Assembly (NCBI GenBank): GCA_034780895.1
Contig: JAUZTB010000062.1
Span: 20,977,074-21,041,073, forward strand
Origin: Rhynchobatus australiae
Taxonomy: Eukaryota
Direction: 5' to 3'
DNA length: 64,000 nucleotides
Shown here: one piece after another, positions 23,351-36,764 of the stretch
How the letters are laid out: each line of letters begins with the position of its first letter
How positions within the stretch are numbered: position 1 is the stretch's first letter
Notes under the pieces: model-generated
The model's database searches: none
Seen by the model: the letters and a program-made list of their open reading frames with translations, nothing else
Told to the model about the DNA's origin: nothing
Position numbers and translations under genes: made by a program

Positions 23351-25849
23351 TTCCTATAAAATTCACACCAGATTTCTCATCGTTAATATATGCAGGTTTG
23401 TAGCAGTGATAACAGTGAGATTCTGGGCAGTTTTTTTTAATACCAATGGTGAGTACTGTTCCATTGCTGCTGGCTGCAAAATTTGGATCAGTATAACTAG
23501 AATTTGCAGTTGCAAGCCACTTGATGACTTGTGATTAGCTAGACTTGTCTCTACATCCTTCAACCCTGAAAAAAAATTGTCCATAAAGTTGCTGAAATTG
23601 CAAGTTGAAGCTGGCACAGTAAGGAAAACAGGGCAGCTGGGACCAAGTGAATTGGCAAACAAGTACCTTAAACATTGTGATTTGTGGATTGTGAAATAAA
23701 CATTTGGAGGACCGTGAACAGGATGAATTACAGAGCACAAAGGAAAAAAAAACAAAATTGAAGTTTGAAATTTGATTTTTTAAATCTCCCTTAAAATACC
23801 TAAGCCTTGAGAATGAGCACCCTTGAGAATTTCAATGCCATAGAGGTTAATTGTCTGCTGTTAATACTTAANNNNNNNNNNNNNNNNNNNNNNNNNNNNN
23901 NNNNNNNNNNNNNNNNNNNNNNNNNNNNNNNNNNNNNNNNNNNNNNNNNNNNNNNNNNNNNNNNNNNNNNNAATTGTCTGCTGTTAATACTTAACATGTT
24001 TACAATAGGTATACTAATACTTAACTTTATACATTGCAATTAATGGAGAATTAATGGGTAAGTGTAGAAAATTGCAAGAAAACAGAGTGGCCCAAGACAA
24101 AATGGAGTTTTCACAAAACAAATGTTGGAGCAGTGTACCTCAGACATAACATGGATATTCATATTTAACTGGGCACACAGCCTTTGCATGAAGTTTCTGT
24201 ACCAGAAATACACAAATAATACCAAATGTCATTAGCTATTCCAATATCTTGACATCAATTTCTGGACATACAGTACATTGAGTGAAGAAAGATTATTCTT
24301 CTGAGGTTGTTATGTAAAACACCCTAGATGGAACATTGCAGGTAGTGCCTTGTTTCACTAGTCAGTACATTTTGTTCTTACTTGAAGCTTAAAGTGGAAA
24401 ATTGTTCTGCTCTCTTATACTGCTAATTCTTCTTGATGTAAGCATTCTAAAAAATGTCTGGTGAAGCTTTTAAAGTGTTTAAATATCAGCTGTCAGTAAG
24501 TACTTCCAAAGTAATCAAGAGTGTATCCTTCCATATAAAGTTTAAAGTATCTTTATATTCTGATCATATGTTTACACATCAAGAAGTTTACGATGACGAG
24601 TGGTACATTTAAAACACATTTGAAAAAAATGAAATAGTTTTAGAAAATGTTTGTTGTTAACTTTTAACAGAGAGCATCTGATTTGGTTGTAATGGACCAT
24701 GAATTCATTATTGAGGAGACAATGGAGCTCTTATGAATGCAAAACATATGCTGTCAGCCAAAGCTGTTTGTGATACTCCAGTAATTTACCAATTACAGGT
24801 TCATGATTTTTATGATGGAAGATGTGCATTTTTGTGTGGAGTTGCATGTTAAAGACATATAAAATAAAAGGTTTCTTTCATTTATTTTCTATACGTACAG
24901 CTGTTCACTTAATGTCATTTCTGAATTTCTTTGTGTGATCAGTCTAATGTGGTTTCACTATTATGAAATGAATTATGCTGTACCACTTACCAATTTAATT
25001 TGCTGTCACCATTACAATTGAAGATCATTTCAATCCTGTAGTGGTAGCATAGCAAATAATAAACTGAGCCACATTTGGCCCAGAGAACCATTTCAGTTAT
25101 GTTGATGTAGTAATTAGCAATTACTGATGTCTGTCTTGTGCTAACTTCCATGTACGGTCTAGTGGATAGCGCCAAACTGAAGCAAGCTTCAAGCAAATTA
25201 TATTGTGTACAATCTCTATTCCTAAAGAAAANNNNNNNNNNNNNNNNNNNNNNNNNNNNNNNNNNNNNNNNNNNNNNNNNNNNNNNNNNNNNNNNNNNNN
25301 NNNNNNNNNNNNNNNNNNNNNNNNNNNNNNNAAGAAAACGGGGTTATTTACCAGTGTTTTAGAACCCTCTTCCAAAAAGTGAAGTACACCATAACATTAG
25401 TGACAGATTTGGTATGCATTTTGCATGCTTTCTGGGTCCAAAGCTGGCACCATGAATTCAATTGCTGTTATCTGGCAATCCATGCCGCTAAAGTGGGTAT
25501 GTTAACAAGTATTTTGCAGTTGATCTGGGATTCCTGTGTGCCCCTGAAGTGCCTGTACCTTAACTGAACAAGTGTTTAGGATATTCCATTACCTCTGGAT
25601 ATGGAAAACATGTACTGCATACTAATTTTTACCACCACAATTTCCTATATTTTTTTTTAGTAATACTGAATTTCACTTTTTGCATGAGGATTCTACTGCA
25701 TTGATAAATCAATTCATTTTCATCAGGAAAAGATATGCCCAAGAAAATTGCCTGGACTTTGCTTCAGCTTGGCACCATCCATTCAACAGTATGTGAAAGT
25801 TAGCATAAACTACTTATCATCATGATTAATGAGTAATTCACGAAGGAAT

Positions 25850-25990
25850 AGGACATGGATGATGGTGGAATCAGAGAGGGGTACGTTGATATTCTCGGGC
25901 ATGTTGGTATTAAGAAGGGGGAGGTATTGGATATCTTGAAAAACATTAAGGTGTATGGGTCTGCAAGGCCTGATAGAATCTATATGGGAT
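25850..25990 (+). mobile_element. CR1 ORF2 internal fragment
   Basis: IKKGEVLDILKNIKVYGSARPDRIY corresponds to the pre-RT 'KSPGPDGIYP' region. Confidence 0.75.
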
Positions 25991-27589
25991 CTTGCCTTCA
26001 AAGCAGTAGTAAGTTTGTTAGTGTCAGAATGGTGAGAAAGTCAGTAGATATACATAACCCTAAGGAATAGCGTTGCTAGTATGTAAAAAGGTAGTATTGG
26101 AAGGAGTAACAAGGGCAATGTTACAATCAAAGCAAATATGTTCTGCATTGATTGGAGAAGAATGCTGCACTGGAGGGTGTCAAGGGTTGTAAGTACTGAG
26201 GAATTAAGCTGAATAAGACTAAGCAGCGTGTAATCAAGGTTGTGGGCTAGGAAGTCTAATTTAGGTGTCCATAGGAGGTCATTAAACTTTTACTTGCACT
26301 ATAACCATGTCCTGGAGGAAATGCTATTTGCATTGATCTACTGTGACACCTCAGTCTGTTTGTGACAGGCAGCTTTTGGCTGCCTGATGCTTAGAAGATA
26401 TCTATTGACCACCTCCACTCTAGCCTCCATAGCAGTATCAAAATGAGGGTGAGACTTTACAAACATTTTCTATACTTCCATTGTCTACAGCTGTCAGTTT
26501 TTTATACCAACAGCCAAAGACAATATCCATATTGAACCTGTCTTTAAATGGAGCCAGCTTAAGCTGTCAATGAATAGTATGAATGATCTTGCTGTTATTT
26601 AAATGAATAGTGGTAATGCTGTTGGTAAGACACACTTCCTGATGGTAGCAATTATTCTGCACCCGAAAATGGGTTTAAAACAGTTTTTAAGCTTAAAGAC
26701 TTTGAGAATATATAAAGGATATTATATCATAAAGCCCTTTTCAGTTTGTTCTTAAAGGCCATCTCTGTGTCAGATGTCCATGGTATATCAGTAGACCNNN
26801 NNNNNNNNNNNNNNNNNNGACCTTTTAATGCATGTTATACTATGATTACAGTTAGCTTTCAGCATCTAAATCACGGTTCATATTATTTTCATTCATTCTC
26901 CTTTTTCTTTCTCTTGCTTTTTATACTACACCATACATTTGCACTGCATATGCTCCATCAGTGAGGTTATTTAAAGGCAGTGTGGGCATGTACGGGATTG
27001 TAGATTGAACTGGTAATAAGAGTGGTCGACTGCAGGGTTTAATGGGGGTGATGCTGCAAACATTGTCAGCGGCAGGGGCAGCAAGTAGATTTTGACTCAC
27101 CAAATACTGCAGTGATCAGTTAAGGAAGGTTGGCAATTAGACAACTGTGACCATCGGTGAGTCAGAACCTTGTGATAGTTGGGGACTGCTCTCATAGATT
27201 AGATGGGGAGTTATGGTGCTGAAATCATCATTGGATGTGTGTGGGGCTCAGCTTATTGGCAATTGTCAGTCAGCGGGTATTGGCAAATCAGGTCCATTGA
27301 GGGCGATGTGTTTAGGGTCAAGAGGTTGATGGAAGACAGAGCTGGTGTCAGGTAAATTTGGGAGATCCATGGTTGGAGAAAGGGAGGGTGGTCACTTTGG
27401 GAGGCTAGTGAGTGGTGAGATGTATTGGGCCATCAGTTGGTGAGGAAAGTTTTCTGGTGAAGGCTAGGGGAGGTGGGGGCTGCTCGTGTAGTTGGGGGGG
27501 GGTGGGTGGGTGGAGCCCAAAGGGAGTCAGGTAGCTGAATTACTGAAAGAGAGCCTTCCTGAGTTGGGTTTCCAGTGTTCTGCTCATTG

Positions 27590-27732
27590 GGTAAATGGTT
27601 TATAGTTGTCATATGTACCAAGATGCAATGAAAAACTTTGTTTTGCATGCCTTCTAGACGATCATTCCAAAGATAAGTACATCAATATAGTAAAGGGAAA
27701 AGTGCAAACAGAACGCAGAATACAGTGTTAAC
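27590..27732 (-). mobile_element. Short copy of the 22283-22622 repeat family
   Basis: ggtttatagttgtcatatgtaccaagatgcaatgaaaaactttgttttgcatgcc aligns with 22291-22345. Confidence 0.65.
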
Positions 27733-29603
27733 TCTACATTCCCTCCTAGTCATGATGAAGCAGGCTATGCAAATTCAATGAAAGCAAACTTCTCCATGCA
27801 TTCCCCACAGAGTACCACCCACTCAAACCACTGAAAATCCTCGAAGTGTCATCTGTTGCATTTGGATGCCACTTTGCATGTGTGGAATCCTTTATGCATC
27901 ATGAACAGGAAGTTCAGAGGTCCCTCAGAATGAAAACTTACATGGCCCCTGACTCTCATGAATGTTTTATTTTACATAGAAGTTGGATCATGCTGTGCAC
28001 AAAACCATGTTGCTGTGCAATGCAAATACTAGGCAAGGTTTAGACATTATTTGCACATATTAAAGCACTTTGTGGCTGCAGTTTAGATGATAAAAAGAAA
28101 TCACGTAGCCAGCTGATGCCTGTTTTTCTTTGTGTAGNNNNNNNNNNNNNNNNNNNNNNNNNNNNNNNNNNNNNNNNTCCCATGAAAACTGAACTCCAGT
28201 TATAGATAAAGTTGATTTACATTCAGTGGAAAAATCGATGGATAATCACCTTTTAATGTGTGATTCCACCACTGATGCCAATATTTTTTCCAAGTGTACA
28301 GCTGCAATTGAGTTGATAAGGGAATAGTGTCAGCAAAGACAAAGTGACTATTAAAGACTGTTGTAGAAAACAATTGTGAATTATCTCATTCATTATGACT
28401 GGGAGTAAATACTGAAGCAGGGAACTGTGTGAACTCTGGTAAACCAATGAGGTGTAGTTGGGGATACTTCTATTCCTAAATGTAGTGATTTTAAATCAGA
28501 GTTGAATTGGTGTCAATTCACATATACCATTCGTTTGTAAAGTTAGAGTTGTGGGGTTGCCAGGAGGGGGAGGGAGGGAGGTGGTTCTGAGTGGTGCTGG
28601 CGTTGTTTGGGTTTGGATGGGAGGGGACCTGGCACAAAAACAGTCTTTTACTGAACAAAGAAATAGCAAAGTTGAGGAAGTATAAAGGATGTTGAACCAC
28701 TCTGTGGTATAATACTGTGCAGCTCAATGCTGTGGACTACAGGGTTTCAAATGCAGAGAGCAGGTTCTATTTGCCTGAAGAGTGGTGCCGTTGACATAAG
28801 CAATTGGCATATTAAGTACATTATCTGGATAGATATCCTTTTGACAATGTGTATCCTGTTACTAAAGATGTGTTTTTGAGATTATTCTGGCAGAATCTGA
28901 CTGTAATGATCAAACTTGACAACAGTTCAAATGAACAAGAACAATATTGTTGGTTGTTAAGCTAGTTATTTGTCTCTTCCACACTGTAGAATTGAGGGCT
29001 TGGGAAGGGGTGTGGTAATTCAAACCATGGTATTACTATGATGACTGTACTCCACAGGCAAAACTCTTTCCCTTTTCATTTTATCTGCTCACTAAATTAG
29101 CTACCCATCAATGTCAGCTGAATCCCGTAAAGAGTGGATATTCCAGCTGCTTAATAAAATTCAGCAATGCAATCTGCCAACTGCTATACCTGAACAGTGT
29201 GGAAGGGAACAAGCATATTTTTGTACATATAAACATATGTATAGTATGTGAGCACATGTAAAATATAATTGAGCTAGTATCTCAGTAAGTTGTTCACTGC
29301 ATTCATTTCTATGGCAGAGAATAAATTCTTGGGCCACTTTAGAGGTAATAATGCAAAAACTGGAAATGAAATTGCTGTCCAGAGATATAGAAAGTTGGGT
29401 GAGTGCCACTGAGGAGAGTGAAGAAGTATGAGAGGAGTATCTGGTATTCAACAGTATCAAAAGCTGCAGAGAGCTGTAGGAGAAATAATGCACCTTGGTG
29501 ATANNNNNNNNNNNNNNNNNNNNNNNNNNNNNNNNNNNNNNNNNNNNNNNNNNNNNNNNNNNNNNNNNNNNNNNNNNNNNNNNNNNNNNNNNNNNNNNNN
29601 NNN

Positions 29604-30125
29604 CCCCATTTTCTGTCTAGGCATGTTGCAGCTCTTGGGGCTTAATATTGAATTCAACAACTTCAGATAACCAGCTTGACCTGTGTGTATTAGAACTGGC
29701 CATTCAATTGTGCCATTAACTCAGTTATTCCCTCTCCACAGAATGATCTGCTGAATATTTCTGGCATTTACTTTTATTTCAGATTTCCAGCAACTGTTGT
29801 GTTCTGCATGTTGTGGTTCCAGCATGTTATTATTGTCCATATTTATTGTAGTCCCTTCCATATAGAACAGCCTTGATTAACCAGGCAGCTCCTAAAGTAT
29901 GTGCCGTAGGTCACTTGGACAACCTGAGTCTCCACTCTATCTCAGACATTCCTTCAGTCTCCTCCAGCACACCCACCAACTTAAACCATTAAAATAATTT
30001 CTCATGTTTTCCAAAAACACAAAACATTAACTCTGTTTCTATCTGCACAGATGCTGCTTGAATTGCTGAATATCTGAAGAATTCCTTGATTTCATTTCAG
30101 ACTTCGGCATCTGGAGACTTTGTTT
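29604..30125 (+). mobile_element. Penelope-like element relic (ORF C-terminus plus two decayed tails)
   Basis: PIFCLGMLQLLGLNIEFNNFR* corresponds to the PLE GIY-YIG C-terminal 'IFRLGTLQPxGLNIEF' motif. Tail motifs lie at 29715-29795 and 30020-30120 (acagatgctgcttgaattgctgaatat). Confidence 0.75.
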
Positions 30126-32969
30126 TAAGGCTTACCTTATTTAGAGCTTTAATAAGCATCCGACCGAAGTGGCCACTATACGCAGTTTTACATTTGTTGC
30201 ATGGTTGCAAGACGGATACAAGCGACCTTATAAACTGTCGTGGCAACAGAACATTACAATGAACTTCATGGTTCAATTAATGAGGAGACTGTGGTATAAT
30301 AGTAAATCAAAGACCAAGGAAGATTTCGGATTGATCCTTTGTTTAATGTGTGAAATCATGTGGCTTAAAAGATTATGCAATTTTACTTGTGAGTTACATA
30401 CATTACAATCACAATATATACAAGACTCATATGACTGGAAATTATATCACGTGCTGCATTATTTCTAATGACAATGTGATATGATTTTTTTGAGGGGAAA
30501 TGCTTCCGAATACGTGAGGTGCTATTTACTGCATATTCCAACACTCCATAAGTGCAACCGAGGCTGACAAACGTAGACGAATGTGCACAGTGGCGCCCAA
30601 TAGCTGGAGTGCCACTTAGTTTTGTGTCCACATGCATGCCCATGAACATTCATTTATTTATCCTCACCAAGACCTACTCTGGTGAGTTGACTCGTTTTAC
30701 CGTGTTTTATATCGAAGTGCAAGTCCACATTAAAATTTGAAAAGCTCTGCAAATTGCAGGTTCCGGTGGTGTCTGGTGTGCATCGACGATGGTTGAATGT
30801 GGCCTCATTGTTGTGACTGGAGTTCTCATGGCCCCTGTTACATCAGGTGGCTTCCTCTGGTTTACGACAGTTCACAGCCAGCGGAGTTCTGGCGCCTTCC
30901 ACTAAAATTGGACGTTTTTCACAATCGGCCACAGCTTTAGGTGCATCCCGGTTTGCGCCCGTAATTGAAACCCCAGGCTTGGATTAACATTTCTTCACGT
31001 GTATAGTGGGCACATCAAACAAATCCCCAAAATGGCAGGATTCACCAGAGAAATTCCGGTCACAGTGTTACCCACAACAACTCTCCATAAAGTCTCCGAG
31101 TTACAGAATGGCTGCTCCCAATCATTATCAGTGTCAGGAGTTCTGTGCGTTATGTTCACCATTCACCTCTTCTCTGGATGGTCGCAGGGGAAGGGGACTC
31201 TTTGCTTGGGTGTGATGACAGGGTAGAGCGTGGAAATCATCTTCGGCTTTGCAGCGACCTTTGGAAAAGAAAGGAGATGTGGGAGTGTGCTGCAAGGAGG
31301 AGGGGCCGAGATTTTGTTTTAGATTGGTCAGCTGCAGTTTTGAAAAGGAAGCGGGCTGCTGCGGTGACAGAATTGTTCTGGATGGGGTGGATCATGCACA
31401 ATCTGATCCACCAGCAGTGTTTGCGTGCCAACTTACACCTCTGGCTGCACAGCTCACAGTAACCTTGGGGCTATGGGTCTGCAGCTATCTCATGATCAAG
31501 GCAGGCTGCAACTGGTGCCCAGGTCTCCACACAACATATCCGAAGGCCCCCAAACCCAACATATCCTTGAAGGATTTTGACTGCTCATGTTGTTAAGGGC
31601 CTGTTCCACTGTTTTTAAATGTCTCTGATAACCAAGGTCATTTGAACGTAATTGAAATTGGTTTAATTAATTAAATATATTAAAAATTATTTCAATAAGA
31701 TTTAAAAGCACACACTACTGTTGATTGGATAGGAATGAAAAGCAGCTAAACTTAACTTTTTTGATAGAGACTGACAGCCCCATTCAAAAAACCAGGGCCA
31801 CACACCTGCTGTGGCTGGTTTAAAGCTGAGGGGCCAGGTACAACATATATTTGTCCCTGGCCTCAGTAAGTTCTGAAGACCCCAGACCTCGATGCTTGGA
31901 GCCAGAGGTCAGATCCAAGTTCTGTAATTCTGCACTGCAGTGTACAGAAGCAGAATTGGAGTGTGCTGACCGCAGGCCGGCCCTTGGTGAAATTCAGCCC
32001 ACTGTTTGATCAGGCGTTTAGCAGGAAAGGGATCAAGTAAGTGTGCCCTATGGTTGAGGTGAGACGGAATGGAGGAAAGAATTCCACCAACTGAAAGCAA
32101 GTTAGATGCACATTGAGAGGCATATAGAAATGACAGAAATATGCTGGAGACGAGAAAGATAAAAGAAAGTTGAAGACAAGCAAAGATAGAAGGAGAAAGG
32201 AAGAATTGTAGAGGTCAAGTAGAAGATGTAACAACAATGGAGAAGTTATTCTTTGCTAGTTTTCCTCCATGATCATGGAAAGCTATAATCATTATAGTAG
32301 ATTTTACATTTTTATAATCTGTACAATAAGCATAATGGGAGTGAATTGCAAATTCCCACCACTTTAATGGATTGGCACAACTGAAAATTTAGAATCCAAA
32401 CATTAGTACAAGAATTATAGTTACAAATGTATTCTGTGCAAAATAAAATTCTGTGCAACTTTTAAAAAGGACATCTTTCCACATTGTTGACACTGAGAAA
32501 TTTTAGACTAGTTTCTATATTAAAACTGTATAAATCTGTGGTAAAATGTTACTTATCAGCTCTGAGCTCAGCATAATGTTTACCAGGCAGTGTAATGTTA
32601 CACCACTGTTGTTAATGTTAGATGCTATTATACAATTTTGCTTCAGAGCTCCAAGAAGTAGCACGGAGTAGAAAACTGCAAGTTAAAGCCTGTAACCTTT
32701 ACAATTTGAGGCCCCATTTATTAACCATGTTGTTGTTCAGGGACCAAGTACTTCTCCATGGCAAGGGTCAGGGGCCATTTTGTGCATCAAAACCAATTTC
32801 ACACATGCCTTAGCAACTGGTTAAAGACCACAATTTCCAGAAGCTGTGGACCAGGTCCCAAATTCATGAAAAGAAAATGATTTGTATCGAAAAATTACAC
32901 TTAAAATATTTCAATTAAGCATAGGATCAGCACTTCTGTTCTTGTTATTCAGCTCTCTGGCGATATGTT

Positions 32970-33100
32970 TTAACATAAGATCTAGCCCTGCAAGCCTTCT
33001 CTGCTTTTCATCAAGATCATGGCTGATCTGCCTCCACTCCATTTTCCTGCACTATCCCCATATCCCTTGCTTCCTTAACATCGAGAAATCTGTTGATCTG
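32970..33100 (-). mobile_element. CR1 3' tail fragment
   Basis: tcaagatcatggctgatct...ttttcctgcactatccccatatcccttg is homologous to 18600-18710. Confidence 0.7.
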
Positions 33101-33807
33101 CGATCGTAATTTGGCTCTTATCTGCACATACTAAAATAATTAGTTTGTTATTATTATGGATAGAAGATTTACTACTTGGCATGGCAACTTATTTAATCAT
33201 GGTAATCAGAAGCAGCATACTGGGCAGAAAAATCTTGGATGTGATTTAGAACTTTGGGAAGATGTGAAAGGCAAACAAAACAGATGCATGGGAGGTATTC
33301 TCTGCATCTTTAGCTCATCCTATCATAAAGCTTGCAGAATTTTTAAACTCCAATGTCTCTGACATACATGCATCAGCATATATATCAAATGCATCGATAT
33401 ATATTGGAAGATGTAATTTGCTGGTTATTTTGGCGTCAACTTGACTGAAAAACACCTGTAATCATGCCATTATATATTCTGTGTGATGACTGTTGATGTG
33501 CCATTAACTTGCATTAAATATTTACTTTGCAGCTAACATAGGCTTAGATATTTATGTGACTTAACGTGAAAACAATTGCACTTCATAAGAAAATCAAGCA
33601 GCGTTGCACATTCAGGTTCATCAAGTCTGCAGATTATTAACCAGTGATCAATCTGTCTCAGGGTGTTAATCCCTTACTATAAGACATATGAGACCAAAGG
33701 TTTAAAATAATTCTATATTTAAACATTTAAAAAGTCCACCCGGAAAGGAAATAATAGGAGACAAAGTGTAGGAAAAGACCATGAGTGCATTCATAAGAAA
33801 TTCATGG

Positions 33808-34058
33808 TTATAACAACACACAAGGAGACCATGTGGTCCATTGGGTCTGTGCCAGCTTCCAGGGGAGTAGTGTCATTAGTCCCATTCCAACTTTCCTTGT
33901 GCCCCTGCAACTTATTTCCCTTCAAGCCCCTTTGGCTTCTCGCCATTTACCTACAATAAGGAGGAATTTACAGTGACCAATTTATATACCAGCATATCTT
34001 TGGGATGTAGAAGGAAACTGGAGCACCTAGAGGAACTCCACATGTCCACAGAGAGGAT
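33808..34058 (-). mobile_element. HE1/V-SINE-like relic
   Basis: tctttgggatgtagaaggaaactggagcacctagaggaactccacatgtccacagagagg is the reverse V-domain, preceded by a reverse CR1-type tail. Homologous to 49209-49570. Confidence 0.75.
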
Positions 34059-35510
34059 GCCACCATTTAATCAAAACATGGCTGAGATTTTACCTCAGAG
34101 CCACTTTTCTGCACCATCCCCATATCCATTCTTTCTTTTAACATCGAAATATCTTTTGATCTCTGTCTTGAATATACTCATTGTCTAAACCTCCACAGCC
34201 CTTTTGGGTTAAGAATTCTAAAGATTCAGAACCCTCAGGTTGAAGAAATTTCTTTCTCATCTCTGTCACAAGTGGCTGGCCCTTTGTTTTGAGACTGTGA
34301 TCCCTGGTTCTAGACACCTTTGTCAAGGGAAAATACCAACATTGCTTTTACCCTGTTAAGTCCCATAATAAGTGCGTATGTTTCAATCAGATCACCTCTC
34401 ATCATTATCAAATTCTTAACTCAGTACGTAAGCTCTCTTCATAGGTCAGACTGCCCATCCCAGGAATAAATCTGGTAAACCTTTGTTGCACTTGCTGTGT
34501 TGCAAGTTTATCTTTCCTCAGGTAGGGAGATCAGACAAAATATTCCAGGTGAGTTCTCACCAGTGCTCTATATAATTGCACTAAGACGTCCTTTCTCTTG
34601 TACTCAAATTCTCTTGCAGTAAAGGCTAATATAACCTTGGCTTTCCCAATTACTTGCTTTGTCTGCATGATAAGTTTCATTTACAAGGACACCTAGTTCC
34701 CAACACCACAGGCTACAATTCACATCATTTTAAAATAATTTCCCCACTTTTCTATTTTTTTAATCGAAGTGGATGATCTTGCATTCTTCCACATTATTTT
34801 CCACCTGCCATTTCCATGCCCATTCATGTAGTATGCCTATGAAGCCTTTCTGCATCCATAGTGCCTCCCAGCTTAGGGTATTCAACAAACTTGGATCTAT
34901 TACGGTTGGCCCCCTCATCCAAAGCATTGATATAGATTCTGAACAATCTATAACAAACAGCCTCACCAATCACAGCCTCCCAAATTGTTTTCTGTTTTGT
35001 ACCCAATCCTCAGTCCTTGTCAGCATGAATCCCACGTGCTCTAATTGTGTTTAAGGGCCTCTTGCATGGCACCTTATCAAAGGTCTCCTGGAAGTCTAAA
35101 TATACCGCATTCACTGGTTTTCTCTTATATATTCTGCTGATCAATCCATGTTAGTTCTGCCCAATCCTCCTGTCATTTTGTAAATGCCCTGTTATCACTT
35201 CATTAAGAATAGATTCCAACATTTTTGGTACCACTAATGTCAAACTAACTGATCAGTAATCTCTGTTTTTCCCCTCCTTCCATTCTGTTCAACTGTTATC
35301 TGTGGAATTTAGGAAGCTAACACTATCCACCACTTCCATAACCAGCTCTATCAAAATCCTAGGATGCAGATCCTAAGGATTTATTGGCTTTCAGTCCCAT
35401 TAGTTTTTCCAATACTATTCTTTTGCTTGTGTTAATTTCTTACAGCTCCTCAGTCACTCTAGACCTGTAGTTCTTCAGTTTTTCCAGGTTTTCTGTGTCT
35501 TCTTCCTAAT
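34059..35510 (-). mobile_element. Decayed CR1 LINE (RT to 3' end)
   Basis: Reverse-strand remnants YINALDEGANRNRSKFVEYPKLGG and EWAWKWQVENNVEECKIIHF, plus a YLDFQETFDKVP-like motif near 35065-35105. Confidence 0.85.
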
Positions 35511-36764
35511 CCTGCAGATGGGAATTACTAATATAATTATGCTATTATGGTTCAAAGTTAAAGGAAGACCAAAGGCTTCCTCATAAAGAACGAGAAAACC
35601 AGAAATCTGTATCCAAGGCATAATTTCTGGCCTGTTATGGTGAAGCAGAAATGCCTGAAACCTTCAGATAATATTTTCAAACTAATGATTTCTTTCCAAG
35701 AGCTTTGACACATTTTTTTGTGATCTTAAAATGCTTGGCTGTTACAGTCTATACCCCTTGCCCTTGTTAATGTTTTGCTCAAGTGGAATGTGGATTCCAA
35801 GGAAAATAATATGGGAGAAGTATCAATTTTAGGTTATGCAAAGGCTAACAATAAACAGTGATAACTAAATAATGGCAGTTGCCTCACATTAACGANNNNN
35901 NNNNNNNNNNNNNNNNNNNNNNNNNNNNNNNNNNNNNNNNNNNNNNNNNNNNNNNNNNNNNNNNNNNNNNNNNNNNNNNNNNNNNNNNNNNNNNNNNNNN
36001 NNNNNNNNNNNNNNNNNNNNNNNNNNNNNNNNNNNNNNNNNNNNNNNNNNNNNNNNNNNNNNNNNNNNNNNNNNNNNNNNNNNNNNNNNNNNNNNNNNNN
36101 NNAACTGCATGATTTGCTTTCTGTTGGCAAGGCTGCTTTTATTTTAAAATGTTTTGTAAAATGGAGCCCACTTCAGTTTTTGATTTTTTTTTTGACAAAT
36201 TGCTGCCTGTGATTTTGTACAGAATAAAAGGAGAAGTGGGTGGGTGTTGGAAGGAATAAACACTTTCAACTGTATTAGTGAAAGTTGTTATAACTCAACA
36301 ATGGTGGCACAATTTTTTATTTTACGTAACATGGACCTGACTGATTGTTTGCAATGATTTAACAGGCCCTGCTGTGTGTTGAGTGGGCGTATGAGTGCAT
36401 CTGTTGTGTGAGTGGGCAGATGCATTGTTCTGTTGGTCAAGAGATTTCCTTTAGTGAAATGATAAAATGCTGATATCAATGCTGCATTTTGAAAAGCAAA
36501 TAACTTAAAGGGAGCTTTTGCACTGTACAAAGTAGCTTTTGCTTCAAACATACCATAAAGCAACAGAAAAATACTATTATGCTTAGTCAAAAAGGCTGTA
36601 GTTCAGTCAACAAAAACTTGTGGAATTTATGATGCTTTCAGAGCCTTTTGGTAAAATATCCTTATATCCTTGTCACATCTTAATTATTTATGAACTTTAC
36701 GGTGGGGGATCTGAATGGAAATTTATTGGTTAAAAATAGTAAGAAAGATCACATGGAATCATTT

